Positions 1-13,035 of a DNA stretch of 64,000 nucleotides are shown here, piece after piece (the first letter of the stretch is position 1; each line of letters starts with the position of its first letter). The stretch is from Heptranchias perlo (lineage: Eukaryota): contig NC_090346.1 of assembly GCF_035084215.1 (NCBI RefSeq), positions 14,322,001-14,386,000 on the forward strand, given 5' to 3'. The position numbers were made by a program, and so were the translations under genes. Below the pieces are notes generated by a model. The model did no database searches. It worked only from the letters and a program-made list of their open reading frames with translations, and was not told the origin of the DNA.

Positions 1-280
1 GCCCGTCTTTGATGGAGATTCGTGTGTCCAAGAAAGAAACCGATTCTGAGGAGTAGTCCATGGTGAGCTTGATGATGGGATGGAACTTGTTGATGTTATC
101 GTGTAGTCTCTTCAGAGCTGCAGAAAATGTCGTCTATGTATCTGGTGTTGGTTGGAGGTCCTGTGCAGTGAAGAAGTCATGCTCGAACTTGTGCATGAAA
201 ATGTTGGCGTATTGGGGTGCGAATTTGGACCCATGGCTGTTCCGTGTGTTTGGGTAAAGAACTGGTTGTCGAAGGTGAAG
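1..280 (-). mobile_element. Degenerate reverse-transcriptase fragment of a Penelope-like retroelement
   Basis: Minus-strand translation with frameshifts gives FTFDNQFFTQTHGTAMG...YANIFMHKFE...RYIDDIF...NKFHPIIKLT...SVSFLDTRISIKDG. This is the PLE-type RT core (GTAMG, YIDD, FLD). It runs off the window start. Confidence 0.8.
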
Positions 281-373
281 ATTATAGAGAATAGCAGAGA
301 CTGTAGGCACTTTGTGTATTATAGAGAATAGCAGAGACTGTAGGCACTTTGTGTATTATATTTTTCCGCATCG

Positions 374-412
374 TTCACCTGAGGAAGGAGGTAGCCTCCG
401 AAAGCTTGTGAA
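374..412 (+). ncRNA. Minimal type I hammerhead ribozyme motif in a Penelope-like terminal-repeat fragment (insert 361-461)
   Basis: TTCAC-CTGAGGA-A-GGAGG(TAG)CCTCC-GAAA-GCTT-GTGAA shows stem I, the CUGANGA core, stem II, GAAA and a palindromic stem III. TATTATA is duplicated on both sides of the insert. Confidence 0.8.
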
Positions 413-1032
413 TTTAAAATAAAATTGCTGGACTATAACTTGGTGTTGTAAAATTGTTTACTATTATAGAGAATAGCAGAGACTGTAGGCACTGTGTGTA
501 TTATAGAGAATAGCAGAGACTGTAGGCACTGTGTATTATAGAGAATAGCAGAGACTGTAGGCACTGTGTGTATTATAGAGAATAGCAGAGACTGTAGGCA
601 CTGTGTGTATTATAGAGAATAGCAGAGACTGTAGGCACTGTGTGTATTATAGAGAATAGCAGAGACTGTAGGCACTGTGTGTATTATAGAGAATAGCAGA
701 GACTGTAGGCACTGTGTGTATTATAGAGAATAGCAGAGACTGTAGGCACTGTGTGTATTATAGAGAATAGCAGAGACTGCAGTGCCTGCAGTCTCTGCCT
801 GCAGTCTCTGCTATTCTCTATAATACAGTGCCTGAGTTTCTGCTATTCTCTATAATACACACAGTGCCTACAGTGCAGGCACTGTGTGTATTATAGAGAA
901 TAGCAGAGACTGCAGGCACTGTGTGTATTATAGAGAATAGCAGAGACTCAGGCACTGTGTGTATTATAGAGAATAGCAGAGACTGCAGGAACTGTGTATT
1001 ATAGAGAATAGCAGAGACTGCAGGCACTGTAT

Positions 1033-1172
1033 CATTTCCACATCGTTCACCTGACGAAGGAGGTAGCCTTCGAAAGCTTGTGAATTTAAAATAAAATTGC
1101 TGGACTATAACTTGGTGTTGTAAAATTGTTTACAATTGTCAACCCCAGTCCATCACCGGCATCTCCACATCA
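1033..1172 (+). mobile_element. Penelope-like terminal repeat with hammerhead (1046-1084) and 3' tail
   Basis: TTCAC-CTGACGA-AGGAGGTAGCCTTC-GAAAGCTTGTGAA, followed by the same downstream sequence as 361-461 plus a tail of about 38 bp ending CATCTCCACATCA. Confidence 0.8.
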
Positions 1173-3810
1173 TGTATTATAGAGAATAGCAGAGACTGTA
1201 GGCACTGTGTGTATTATAGAGAATAGCAGAGACTGCAGGCACTGTATTATAGAGAATAGCAGAGACTGCAGGCACTGTATTATAGAGAATAGCAGAGACT
1301 GTAGGCACTGTGTATTATAGAGAATAGCAGAGACTCAGGCACTGTATGTATTATAGAGAATAGCAAAGACTGCAGGCACTGTATTATTGAGAATAGCAGA
1401 GACTGTAGGCACTGTGTGTATTATAGAGAATAGCAGAGACTGTAGGCACTGTGTATTATAGAGAATAGCAGAGACTCAGGCACTGTGTGTATTATGGAGA
1501 ATAGCAGAGACTGTAGGCACTGTGTGTATTATAGAGAATAGCAGAGACTGTAGGCACTGTGTATTATAGAGAATAGCAGAGACTCAGGCACTGTGTGTAT
1601 TATGGAGAATAGCAGAGGCTGCAGGCACTGTGTGTTTTATAGAGAATAGCAGAGACTGCAGGCACTGTGTGTATTATAGAGAATAGCAGAGACTGCAGGC
1701 ACTGTGTGTTTTATAGAGAATAGCAGAGACTGCAGGCACTGTATTATAGCGAATAGCAGAGACTATAGGCACTGTGTGTATTATAGAGAATAGCAAAGAC
1801 TGCAGGCACTGTATTGTAGAGAATAGCAGAGACTGTAGGCACTGTATTATAGAGAATAGCAGAGACTCAGGCACTGTGTGTATTATGGAGAATAGCAGAG
1901 GCTGCAGGCACTGTGTGTATTATAGAGAATAGCAGAGACTGCAGGCACTGTGTGTATTATAGAGAATAGCAGAGACTGCAGGCACTGTGTGTATTATAGA
2001 GAATAGCAGAGACTCAGGCACTGTGTGTATTATAGAGAATAGCAGAGACTGCAGGCACTGTGTGTATTATAGAGAATAGCAGAGACTGCAGGCACTGTGT
2101 GTATTATAGAGAATAGCAGAGACTGTAGGCACTGTGTGTATTATAGAGAATAGCAGAGACTCAGGCACTGTGTGTATTATGGAGAATAGCAGAGGCTGCA
2201 GGCACTGTGTGTATTATAGAGAATAGCAGAGACTGCAGGCACTGTGTGTATTATAGAGAATAGCAGAGACTGCAGGCACTGTGTGTTTTATAGAGAATAG
2301 CAGAGACTGCAGGCACTGTATTATAGCGAATAGCAGAGACTAGGCACTGTGTGTATTATAGAGAATAGCAAAGACTGCAGGCACTGTATTGTAGAGAATA
2401 GCAGAGACTGTAGGCACTGTATTATAGAGAATAGCAAAGACTCAGGCACTGTGTGTATTATGGAGAATAGCAGAGACTGCAGACACTGTGTGTATTATAG
2501 AGAATAGCAGAGACTGCAGGCACTGTGTGTATTATAGAGAATAGCAGAGACTCAGGCACTGTGTGTATTATAGAGAATAGCAGAGACTGCAGGCACTGTG
2601 TGTATTATAGAGAATAGCAGAGACTGCAGGCACTGTGTGTATTATAGAGAATAGCAGAGACTGCAGGCACTGTGTGTATTATAGAGAATAGCAGAGACTG
2701 CAGGCACTGTGTGTATTATAGAGAATAGCAGAGACTGCAGGCACTGTGTGTATTATAGAGAATAGCAGAGACTGTAGGCACTGTGTGTATTATAGAGAAT
2801 AGCAAAGACTGCAGGCACTGTGTGTATTATAGAGAATAGCAGAGACTGTAGGCACTGTATTATGGAGAATAGCAGAGACTCAGGCACTGTGTGTATTATG
2901 GAGAATAGCAGAGACTGTAGGCACTGTGTATTATAGAGAATAGCAGAGACTGTAGGCACTGTGTGTATTATAGAGAATAGCAGAGACTCAGGCACTGTAC
3001 TATAGAGAATAGCAGAGACTGCAGGCACTGTGTGTATTATAGAGAATAGCAGAGACTGCAGGCACTGTGTGTATTATAGAGAATAGCAGAGACTCAGGCA
3101 CTGTGTGTATTATAGAGAATAGCAGAGACTGCAGGCACTGTGTGTATTATAGAGAATAGCAGAGACTGCAGGCACTGTGTGTATTATAGAGAATAGCAGA
3201 GACTCAGGCACTGTATTATAGAGAATAGCAGAGACTGTAGGCACTGTGTGTATTATAGAGAATAGCAGAGACTGTAGGCACTGTGTATTATAGAGAATAG
3301 CAGAGACTGTAGGCACTGTGTGTATTATAGAGAATAGCAGAGACTGCAGGCACTGTATTATAGAGAATAGCAAAGACTGCAGGCACTGTATTATAGAGAA
3401 TAGCAGAGACTGTAGGCACTGTATTATGGAGAATAGCAGAGACTGCAGGCACTGTGTGTATTATAGAGAATAGCAGAGACTGCAGGCACTGTGTGTATTA
3501 TAGAGAATAGCAGAGACTCAGGCACTGTGTGTATTATAGAGAATAGCAGAGACTCAGGCACTGTGTGTATTATAGAGAATAGCAGAGACTGTAGGCACTG
3601 TTTGTATTATAGAGAACATTAAACATCAAAACTAAATCTTGGGATTAATTCGGAACCTTTTTAGTCTGTTTGGTCCAGAACCATCAGAGGAGGCTTTTGG
3701 AGTTCATTATTTTTCCTTTGATTGGCTGAAGTTGATTATTGTGTTTAACCTTCTCGTACGTTTCTTGTTTTTGTCCATTCACAGGTTAAAGTGACAGAAG
3801 CTAAGAGGCC

Positions 3811-6800
3811 ATGCAGTCCTTCCGAGACCCCGGGGGTTTCCAAGGCAACCAGCAGGACTACCAGCAGGTCAGGGCAGACTCGTCTAGACTGGAGACCTAC
3901 AGGCAGCAGAACCCAGTCGCCCAAAGCTACGAGGCTCACGGGCTTCCCTCGAAGGAATATTACAACCAGCAATCTTATCAGGGCTACGGGAACAACACTG
4001 CTAGCAATTACTTTGGTGGCGTTAAACAGGTTTCTGCCCAGCACCCACAGGGTAGACCCTCCAGCGCGCTGTCCACTTACCAAAGCGCTGCATACTCAAG
4101 ACAGTATCAGGACGAAGGGCAAGCTCCAAAATGGGGGTCTCCAGGCTCATCAGTGGGAGGTCTATCACAATACAGCCAGGACTCATTTAAGGGATCTGTC
4201 CCTTCTGCCACCAGTGCTGCCTACCAACAGCAGCACATGCAAGCCAACGCCACCAGGAATCCGCCTTCCCTGTCCGCTCAACAGGCCCATTTCATGCACC
4301 AGTCTCACCACAAGCCCATGATGCAGCAGGCTTCCCCCTACGTTGCCAGGTCAGCGCAGTTCAACCAGGCCTTTCAGTCCTCGCCCCCCTCCTACCCCAC
4401 CATCCAGGATTACAGCCATCCCTCCCGCTCGTACGAAGGCTACGCGCAAGTACCCACAAGTTCACAGTACGACAGGCAGAGCGCGGCGACTCCGGACTAT
4501 GGCACCCAGGGCGGTTACGGGTACAAATCGACTCTCGCCAAGTCTGGGGTCTACGAGCAGAACAAAGCCGCCCAGGTCAAGCAGCACAGCCTCCAGTATC
4601 ACAACCAAGCAAAGCTGCACCTCTTAAATCAGTCGCCCCAGGTGTACTTTCAGCCTGAGGCTCCTGTAAAATCTCCTGAGCAGTTCTATCAAACCTTCAG
4701 CCCTACTTCTAGTCACTCTCCTGTTTCCACCGTGGTGAGGTCCCCATCTTATAGCTCAACTCCATCTCCATTGATGGCCAACCCTGAGACTCTCCAATAT
4801 GGCCAGCAACCTGAGGGTGGCTCCATGGCATCTGATATCAAAGGTAACGTGTCTCACTTGATGCCATCGGCAGCTCCTTCCTCAACGCAGAGTTCCAGCA
4901 AGACTCAGGGAGGAACCTGCAAGGTCTTCCTCAAGGATAAAATTCCTGAGAAATTGCTGTCAGATGGAGCTTTCAGCAGCCTCATAGCTCTGAGCTCTCA
5001 GGTTGAAAACATCCCCAGAACTGTTCAACAGCTGTTGCTTTCCAACACCTTGGCTCCTCATAGGAAGACGGGCAAACGACTGCCCAAAAAATCAGAGATA
5101 TTGAAGGAGCTGAAGGGTTCTGAGGAAAACCTGTATTCTGAAGAACCCCTGGGGACACCTCAGTCTGAACCTCTTGACACACCCCAGTCAGTGCAAACTG
5201 ACCTGCAGGAAGGAGAATATTCTAGCAGCTCCGAAGATCAGCTGGAGAAAATCCACTTTCTTCAGGGCCATTGCCGGAGCTCTGCCAATCTGGACGCCTT
5301 GAGAAAAAATCTGGACACCATTCTGTCCTGCTCTGTCACCTCGCCTAACGACATGGTCGCAGAATCCAAATCGGATGACTCGATGCAGAGTGGAGAAAGC
5401 TACCCAACATCATCAGACATTGAGAGGTTGACCGCTGATAGACAACCCATCCAGTTTTCAAAGGAGGATACAAAAGCTTCCAGTGTTATCATTCTAAAGG
5501 ACTCTTTCAAGGAGAGGTTGGAAGCAGAACTTAAGTTTAATCATTTTGGGTTGGATAAGGAAAGTAAGGGGGCGCACTTAAATTTCTACAGCGCCGAGAA
5601 CCATTTTGGGCACCTAATCCGCTCGAAACGATCCGGCCAAGAAGGACAAACTTTTGCCTCGGACTGCAACCAGGGGACAATTAAGAGTGACTTTCCAATG
5701 ATGACAAAGGGTTTTGGTGATGACACTTGCAGCGAATCCCAACTTTTCCCCCACAGGATGGACTCCACAAAGCCTTTGCAACCTTTGACAGTAGGTTACA
5801 GAGATAGCTTGATGTCTAACAGTGGCCATGAGTGCTATTCCTCGCAGAGTCCAGGTCCCCCGCAGGATTTGGAAAAGCTTAAGCTTTTCGATTTCCCGGA
5901 CAAGAAAGGGAAGGAGTCCTCATTGGAATGGGACGAGCTGGAGGTCGACCTTTTGCAGTGTGATCTTCAAAAAAAGTACCTTCAGAAATTCCATGCCAAC
6001 TACAAACAAGAGCAGAGACCTTTCCAGAAGGATTTGGCTCCTGTGCGGTTGGTCCAAGAGATGGAACACATGAGAGGAGCTGATGAAGAGAGCAATCTGG
6101 GGAACGGTGTTAACAGGATACACAGCAACTCTGAACTCAGGCTTCCCACCATGGAACAGAAGGAGTCACCAAGGACCAAATTGGCAGGAGATGAGGAGGT
6201 AACAGTGGAATCAAAAGGAAGTGCAGTTCTACAAGATGCTATTGCTGCCATTACTGAAAGAAAATCAGTCATCTGTGATATCTCCCCCACACGACACTGT
6301 GTTAAGGAGGTGGTCCCCCTAAATGCAGAAGAGAACTGTGGTTGTGCAGAGGAAAAGTTCAATAGCCCCGAGAGAGGGGAGGATAAAGTGGGTTCGAGTG
6401 CTGCACCCCGCTTGCTGGGGCATTCGGTTATCCATGTGGGACCCGCAATAGTCGCAGAATCAAAGGTTGGTCAAGGGGACCTTTCCGTAGCTGAGATGAA
6501 CCCCGAAGGGGAGAGTGTGAAGCACGAAGACCATCAGAAGGAAGAATTCCCTGAACCCACAGCGGCCGCAGAGACTCAGGAATTGCCAGCACTTTCCTCC
6601 GACTTAATCAGCTCGGCGCTGAGCCAAATAGAAAACGGTCCCTCGAAGATGTCGGGGAGCAGAGCTGCAAGAGTCCGGAGACTCTCGGCCAGAGCAGCAC
6701 AAGGAGCCGGGCTCAGGTGCAAAGACCATTCGCCGCCCAAAGCAGAAGAGAGCGTCCAGCCTCTCAGGGTGGTGCCGGCCAAACTGAGATGTTTGGGGCC

Positions 6801-9354
6801 ACAGAGAGACCGAGCTAGAAGTAAGGGACCCCAGGAAGGTCTCCCTGCCTCAGAATCCATGGCAAACCTGCCCACGAGAATGTGCACCCGCTCTTCTACC
6901 GCTTTAATGGAGACTGAGCTGAGCGTCCAGTCCCGGGGTCTCTTGAGAAAGGGAATGGTCTCTCACCGGGAGGATGGTCCAAGGGAAATGAGCTGTAGTT
7001 CTAGGCACAGGTTGCATTCAGACTCTGACAAGTGCTTGATCCAAAGGCAAGGTCCCAATCCCAGTATGAGAGCTCATCTGACCAGGACCAATGCCACGAC
7101 CCAGAGTAGGCCTGTCTACACTGTCCACACGGGTCAACAGATGAAGGGCCACGCGTGCTCAACCCAAGACTCCAATTCATATAAATCTGTTGTACTGAGG
7201 GCCAGGACGAGGGCTCAGGGAATGATTTTGCAAAAAGATGTAAAACAGCGAAAGAGCTGCAATTTTGTCCCCAGTCGATATTTGACCACCAGAAATAACT
7301 CTTCGGTCTCAAGGACTCAAAGACAACTGACTGCCAGACACGAGGCGTTGGATTATGTCGAAGGGGAAACGAAGGCCGAGAGATTAAAGGCAAGAAATTC
7401 GGCTTTAAGACTGGGGGGACAGGAGGACCAAAGATTTCCCTTATCGCACCCTTTGAAAAGAAAAGGTTACTGTTCCCTTTCGCCAATTCCGGCTAAAAGG
7501 CAACATCAGATGTTGAAGGCAAGCGATACAAGGACCGAAAGACAGAAACCACTTCCCGGTTCTTCTCCTTCAGAAAGTAACCCAACAGTTCAACCTATGG
7601 CCGATGAGCCCCACCAAGGGACCAGTGGTGAAGGAATTTCAGAACGTTGCCTCAGCAAGGGAACATCAAACACTGATGGCAATACCCAGTCTGTCATCTC
7701 TCTGAAGACCCCTGCTAAGACAAAAATACTGCCCCCCCGGAAAGGCAGGGGCCTGAAACTAGAGGCCATTGTGCAAAAGATCACCTCTCCAAACTCAAAG
7801 TCATTTGCCTGCAGCAATTATTCAGATAGTAATGTAACATGTTTGACCTTGGATGAGATACTGTCTCTAAAGGAGGAGCAACTTGCTGAAAATGCCAGTG
7901 ATGAGGTGCATCAGGCATTGATTGAACAAAGCAAAGTAACGGCCAAAGATGCTCCTTCAAAGATTGCCCTGGTGGAGTTGAATAAAAAATGTCTCATTGC
8001 ATCCAAGAGACTCAAAGAGGAAAATGAACCAAAAACTCAAGAGAAGAGCAGTGTTCATGTGAAGACTGATGTGAATATAACCGTAGAGCCAGAAAGTATT
8101 GATGTGAAAGACCAACTAAGTGTGAAGCTTTCTCCGAAGGAGAGGACGACGGAAGAGAAAGAGGGACAGCTCCCAACTGCTACTGACGATATTCCTCAGC
8201 TTGCCTCCCCTTCTTCAGTTTTGTCTTCGGTTTCAGATCCAGGTCCAAATGAGGAGTTGGAGAATTCTCAGGATGTGGTGGAACCGAAGAGGCAAACTCC
8301 CCCGAAATGTTGTCTTCCTCCTGCAAAGAGACGCAGTCACCCAATGGGGAATAAGAAGGTCAAACAAACCAAGAATAATTCCAAAGTCAAGAGGCCTAGT
8401 GGAAGAGGCGGGAGAAGGAGAAGAAAACACCTCAAAGGGAGCAAGACCACAAAAGCTGCCCACAGACGTAAAAACCAGCTAAAGAGACGAAACCTCCCTC
8501 TTGTGGAAACCAAAGAACCAGTGATACGGCTAAAATACGTGTCATATAAGATGCCAAGAGCAGAGAACAAAGCCAAGACCTTTTCTCCTTACATTCGTGT
8601 TGAGAAGAGTAAGGAGGTATCGTCCATCTGTACTATCATCAACACGTTGTCAGAGGAACAGTCCAGGTTCCAAAAGATAAAGAAAAAGTCTTCATTTTCA
8701 CAGGCGCCTGTATCAGTCAGCAAAACATTGCCAACATCTTCAGCTATGTTGCCAGGGCCTGTGGTGCTAGATTCCGTTAAGCAAGGCCATCTGGTCTGCT
8801 GCTTATGTGGAAGACCTAAGAATCACAAGGAGCTCGGAGACCTTTTTGGACCATATTATCCAGAGGACTATATACCGCCAGTAACAAAGAACCAGCACGT
8901 CAAGGGGAAATTGGAGATAAAGAATGGAATCAAAGAGACACAAGATGGGCTCTTCGTTGAATCAAAAGTTACCGACTCAGACAATGAGAGTACCGTCATT
9001 ATTACAGCAGAGGTTCCGTCCAGTCTGGAGGAGGTTCCGTCCAGTCTGGAGGAGGTTCCGTCCAGTCTGGAGAAGGCAACTGAGGTAGAAGATCAGAACC
9101 TTCTCAGGACTAGTTCAAGAGAAAAGTGCAAAAAGCTCAGCTGCTACTGCTGCGAGAAAACAGCCGAAGACACTGAGCCGAAGAAGGTGAAGAAGAAGCC
9201 GGGCGTAGAGGAGGATCTGCAACCTACTGAACTGCCTCTGGACCCCCACGAGCGCTGGGTTCATGGAGCCTGTGCTGTGTGGACAAGCGGAGTCTACCTG
9301 GTCGCAGGGAAGCTTTATGGTCTACAGGAGGCCGTGGAAATGGCCAGCGAAATG
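3811..9354 (+). CDS. RAI1: Retinoic acid-induced protein 1, large first coding exon (exon starts at 3785)
   Basis: N-terminus MQSFRDPGGFQGNQQDYQQ...SSRLETYRQ is RAI1-type rather than TCF20-type. Conserved blocks: VKSPEQFYQTFSP, RSPSYSSTPSPLM, LSSQVENIP, TKILPPRKGRGLKLEAIVQKITSP, CCLCGRP...LGDLFGPYY, WVHGACAVWTSGVYLVAGKLYGL. Acceptor cag at 3782-3784; donor ATG|gtgaga. Confidence 0.95.
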
Positions 9355-10837
9355 GTGAGATATCAAACCCAGATTATCATATGGGGAAACAATGCCTTCT
9401 TGAAGCATCGCAGAAATTAACTTGCTGCAATGTTGTCGAGATTGTGTGTGTGTGTGCGCGTATATAAAATCTACCTTTCAATTCATATTTCCCAGGCATA
9501 TATTGATTCAGTTGTGATGCACCTTTTTTCAGTTTTTTTTTGAGTGCTAAAACTGGGTTAGGGCAATGTCCCTTCACCCCTTGAGATCTGGGTTTGAGTT
9601 CAGCTTAGTGTGGGGTTGAAAATCCCCTCCTTCTGCTTTGATGGGAGGGCCCCGAGGGACAGCTGAATGCAGTCTCGGCCTACTCCCTCCTGAGCGTCTG
9701 CCCACAGCAACAGAACTGAATCTAATTCTTCAATAGTTAGTGTCATCCAGAGAGAGACCACAAGATTGCTTGGAGTGGAAGAATAAAAGGAAGAGGTGAA
9801 GTGCCGTGGAGGGAGCTCATCTAACGTTTGGGGTCAATGGACATTTTTGGAATTCATCTGACTTGTGCGGTGCAGACTGAGGGGAGAGGGCTTAGTGCAG
9901 CCCCTCACTGCAGTGACTACAAAACAAAGTGTGGGAAGGAGCACCAAAACAGAGTCAAATCCTTTTAAGGTTTAGAGAGTCAAGTGCATATTTGTTTTCT
10001 CTTCCCTCTAACGCTTGTAGCAAGTTTCTTTCTCCTGCCGTGTGCCAATAACTTACCAACCTGTCCTCTATAAGTCTTGAGCTCTGATGAAATTTAAGTT
10101 AAACCATCTTACCAACAGGGTGTGCAAAGATATCTCTCTCTCTGCCAGTTCATTAAGTCCTAAGAGGGTCTCGGTTTGGGGGTGATGTATTCGCACTCTT
10201 CACCTTGCCTGGAAAAGCCACGATGGTTTCGTTCCATCTCTGCTACAAACATGATTTACGACAGATTATTCTTCACAAACCTCTCTTTTTCTCCCCCTCA
10301 CCCCCCCCAACCCCACCCCCCCCCCCCCACACCGAGATGGTGTTAATATTTCCTGCAGGGAAGATGTAGTTTTACTTGGAGCCATTTCGTTAATTTCTAG
10401 GAACATGTCCAAATATTTTCTCCAAGTCTTTTAACAAGCTGGCCCTCCATCAACACTGATTCATTAAATTGTCACGTTTAGCGGGCCCTTGGTTTGTGAT
10501 TAAGTATCTGAGGTAAGTGGAGGGGGGTGAAATTTGTGATCAAATAGGGATATAACATCAGTTCTGGCATTCGGCGCCAATAAGGCACACCAAAGAAATA
10601 TTTTTTTCTAAATATATCGGTGCTTGCGCCTGTGTTGAGGGTGTTCGATCGATGCCACTTTGGGTTATTCATCTGCTAGGTGGCAAGTGTACTTTTCTCC
10701 TTCATCACTGCTTTTGGACTGCGAGTCCTTTTGACAGTGATGATCACTGCCCATCTAACATTGTAGTCTAATCATCTCTCGGAGCACTAGCTGAGCAGCC
10801 AAAAATCACAATTCTCGCATTAAGATCCTGCGAGTTG

Positions 10838-11165
10838 GCAACAACAACAACTTGCATTCATATACCACCTTTAACATAGTAAAACGTCCCTAGGCGCTTC
10901 ACAGGAGCGATTATCAAACAAAATTTGACACTGAGCCACATAAGGAGACATTAGGACAGATGACCAAAAGCTTGGTCAAAGAGTTAGGTTTTAAGGAACG
11001 TCTTAAAGGAGGAGAAAGAGGCGGAGAGGTTTAGGGAGGGAATTCCAGAGCTTGAGGCCAAGGCAGCTGAAGGCACGGCTGCCAATGGTGGGACAAAGGA
11101 AGTGGGGGATGCAGAAGAGGCCAGAGTCAGAGGATCACAGAGTTCTCGGAGGATTGTAGGGCTGG
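10838..11165 (-). mobile_element. L2-type LINE 3' end fragment
   Basis: (CAA)n tail followed by CTTGCATT.ATA...CCTTTAAC; similar to the copies at 34725-35110 and about 15945-16132. Confidence 0.6.
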
Positions 11166-11321
11166 AGAACAAGGCTGTTAATTTGTTCATTTGTTTTTTT
11201 GGAAAGTGAGATTTAGTTCTATTCACTCCAGTTGAAAGAGGAATGATTAATTGGAGACATACCTGGAAATCATTCACGTTATGGGCCTGTATTTATTTAT
11301 TTATTATTTCTTTCTCTGCAG

Positions 11322-11415
11322 AGGTGCTCGATGTGTGAGCAGGTGGGTGCCACTCTGGGCTGCTACACCAAGGGGTGCAATCAGAAATATCATTACATCT
11401 GTGCCATTGAGTCAG
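11322..11415 (+). CDS. RAI1: RAI1 coding exon 2 (PHD finger)
   Basis: ctgcag|[31 protein letters not shown]|gtaag; 94 nt, in phase. Confidence 0.95.
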
Positions 11416-11483
11416 GTAAGGAGACCACCATCTCACAGCAACTGTCGAACCTGGTTAATCCTCATAGTGCCTGTCTGTCTAAC

Positions 11484-11852
11484 CAAATTGAGGTGTTCAA
11501 AGTTATGAAGGGTTGTGATAGAGTAGTTAGAGAGAACCCATATCCACTGGCAGGAGGGTGGGTAAGATTTAAGATAATTGGCAAAAGAAGCAGGGGGAGA
11601 TGAGGATTTTTTTTTTACGCAGCAAGCTGTTATGACCTGGAATGCACAGCATAAAAGATGGTGGAAGCAGATTCAATAGTAAGTTTCAAAAGTGAATTGG
11701 ATAAATACTTGAAAAGGAACAATTTGCAGGGCTATGAGGAAGAGCGGGTGAGTGGGACTAATTGGATAGCTCTTTCAAAGAGCCGGCACAGGCACGATGG
11801 GCCAAATGGCCTCCTCCTGTGCTGATTGATGATTCTTTTGTATGATTCTATG
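11484..11852 (+). mobile_element. CR1-type LINE 3' fragment
   Basis: IEVFKVMKG...RFKIIGKR C-terminal ORF2 remnant; 3' UTR shared with 54600-55005. Confidence 0.75.
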
Positions 11853-12399
11853 ATTGAGAAATAGTAGAAGGTTCCATTTATATTCGGTTCCATTTTATAT
11901 TAGCCCCATAATTAAAAACCTAAACCTACAAATGTATTTAAGTGTCTGTACGGAGGTCAGACCCGCCGGCTTTCTAGGCCGGGTTACACGTTGTTTACAT
12001 TTAGAAATGAATTTATCTGTAACTAACCATAATAACCTTTTTAACCCTGAACACCAATGTTTTCTGAGCAACTTCGGGACCATTCAACGTCAGAACAGAG
12101 ACAAATATTCAACAGGCCTGGAACATCTTGATAGAGACAAGTGTTTGTCCGAGAATATGTGGGTGAAAGATTATGTAATGCCGTGCCTATGGATTAGTGT
12201 AGCTAGAAACTGTATAAATGAGGTAAGGTTGTAGCCATAAGTGGGAAGAAATCGGAAGGAGTAATTTGAGCTCAACTGACTGCAACAAGCTGTTCTCTAC
12301 GATGACATCTTATGTAATCTCGGCTGTGGGTATGTTGGCTCAATTAACCCTTGATAAACCTCCGAGTGTTTTTGACTCTGTGTTTCGAACTGATTGGGC

Positions 12400-12575
12400 A
12401 TCAGACGTAGAGAAGATGTTTCCACTTGTGGGGGACACCAAAACCAGAGGCCATAAATACAAGATAGTCACCAATAAATCCAATAGAGAATTTAGGAGAA
12501 ACTTCTTTATCCAGGGAGTGGTTAGAATGTTAAACTCGCTACCACAAGGAGTAGTTGAGGCGAATAGCATAGATG
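12400..12575 (+). mobile_element. CR1-type LINE fragment
   Basis: DVEKMFPLVGDTKTRGHKYKI...RRNFFIQGVVRMLNSLP, a CR1 ORF2 C-terminus. Confidence 0.75.
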
Positions 12576-12856
12576 TTGGTTGAGTGATAAATATTGGCCA
12601 GGACACCAGGGAGAACTCTCCTGCTGTTCTTCAAAATAGTGCTGTGGGATCTTTTATGTCAACCTGAGAGGGCAAATGGAGCCTCGGGAGAATGTTTTAT
12701 CCGAAAGACAGCAACTCCAAAAGTGCAGCACCTCCCACAGTACTGCACTGGGAGTGTCAGCCTGGATTATGTGCTCAAGTCTCTGCAGTGGGACTTTAAC
12801 CCACGACCTTCTGACTCAGAGGAAAGAGTGCCGCTCACTGAGCAACAGCTGACACT
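12576..12856 (-). mobile_element. tRNA-derived SINE with Deu-like core (SacSINE1/AmnSINE1-like)
   Basis: Minus strand begins GTGTCAGCTGTTGCTCAGTG...GGGTTAAAGTCCCACT. Core is shared with 43165-43620, 50178-50440 and 20105-20360. The family name is from memory. Confidence 0.65.
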
Positions 12857-12985
12857 CTACCCTGAAAATATTACCTCATCTTTGTCTCTTTGTAAGTGCT
12901 GATGGACCTGTGCTAAGTATTGCTCTCCTTTCTGTTTTCACACATCCCTGCTTCCCTCACCGACCCTTCCCCCCCCCCCCTGCAG

Positions 12986-13035
12986 GTTGCCAATTAAGCG
13001 AGGAAAATTTTTCAATGAAGTGCTCGAAGCATAAG
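12986..13035 (+). CDS. RAI1: RAI1 coding exon 3
   Basis: tgcag|(G)CQLSEENFSMKCSKHK|gtagg; 50 nt; completes the PHD (CxxH). Confidence 0.93.

Larger units (their letters stand above)
281..3617. repeat. Tandem minisatellite, 33-37 bp unit (TATTATAGAGAATAGCAGAGACTG[T/C]AGGCACTGTGTG), roughly 85 copies
   Basis: Directly visible array. Unit length varies with the number of TG dinucleotides. It is interrupted by PLE fragments (361-461, 1033-1172) and an inverted block (about 780-874). Confidence 0.97.

Noticed and set aside
281-3617. CRISPR-like array of 35-37 bp units and the ORFs called within it
   Set aside because: Units are head-to-tail with no unique spacers, there are no cas genes and the context is eukaryotic. 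The ORFs are translations of the repeat.
9355-9420. C-terminal VRYQTQ...HRRN of the 1869-aa ORF
   Set aside because: Intron read-through. The donor is at 9355 and the PHD continues in downstream exons.
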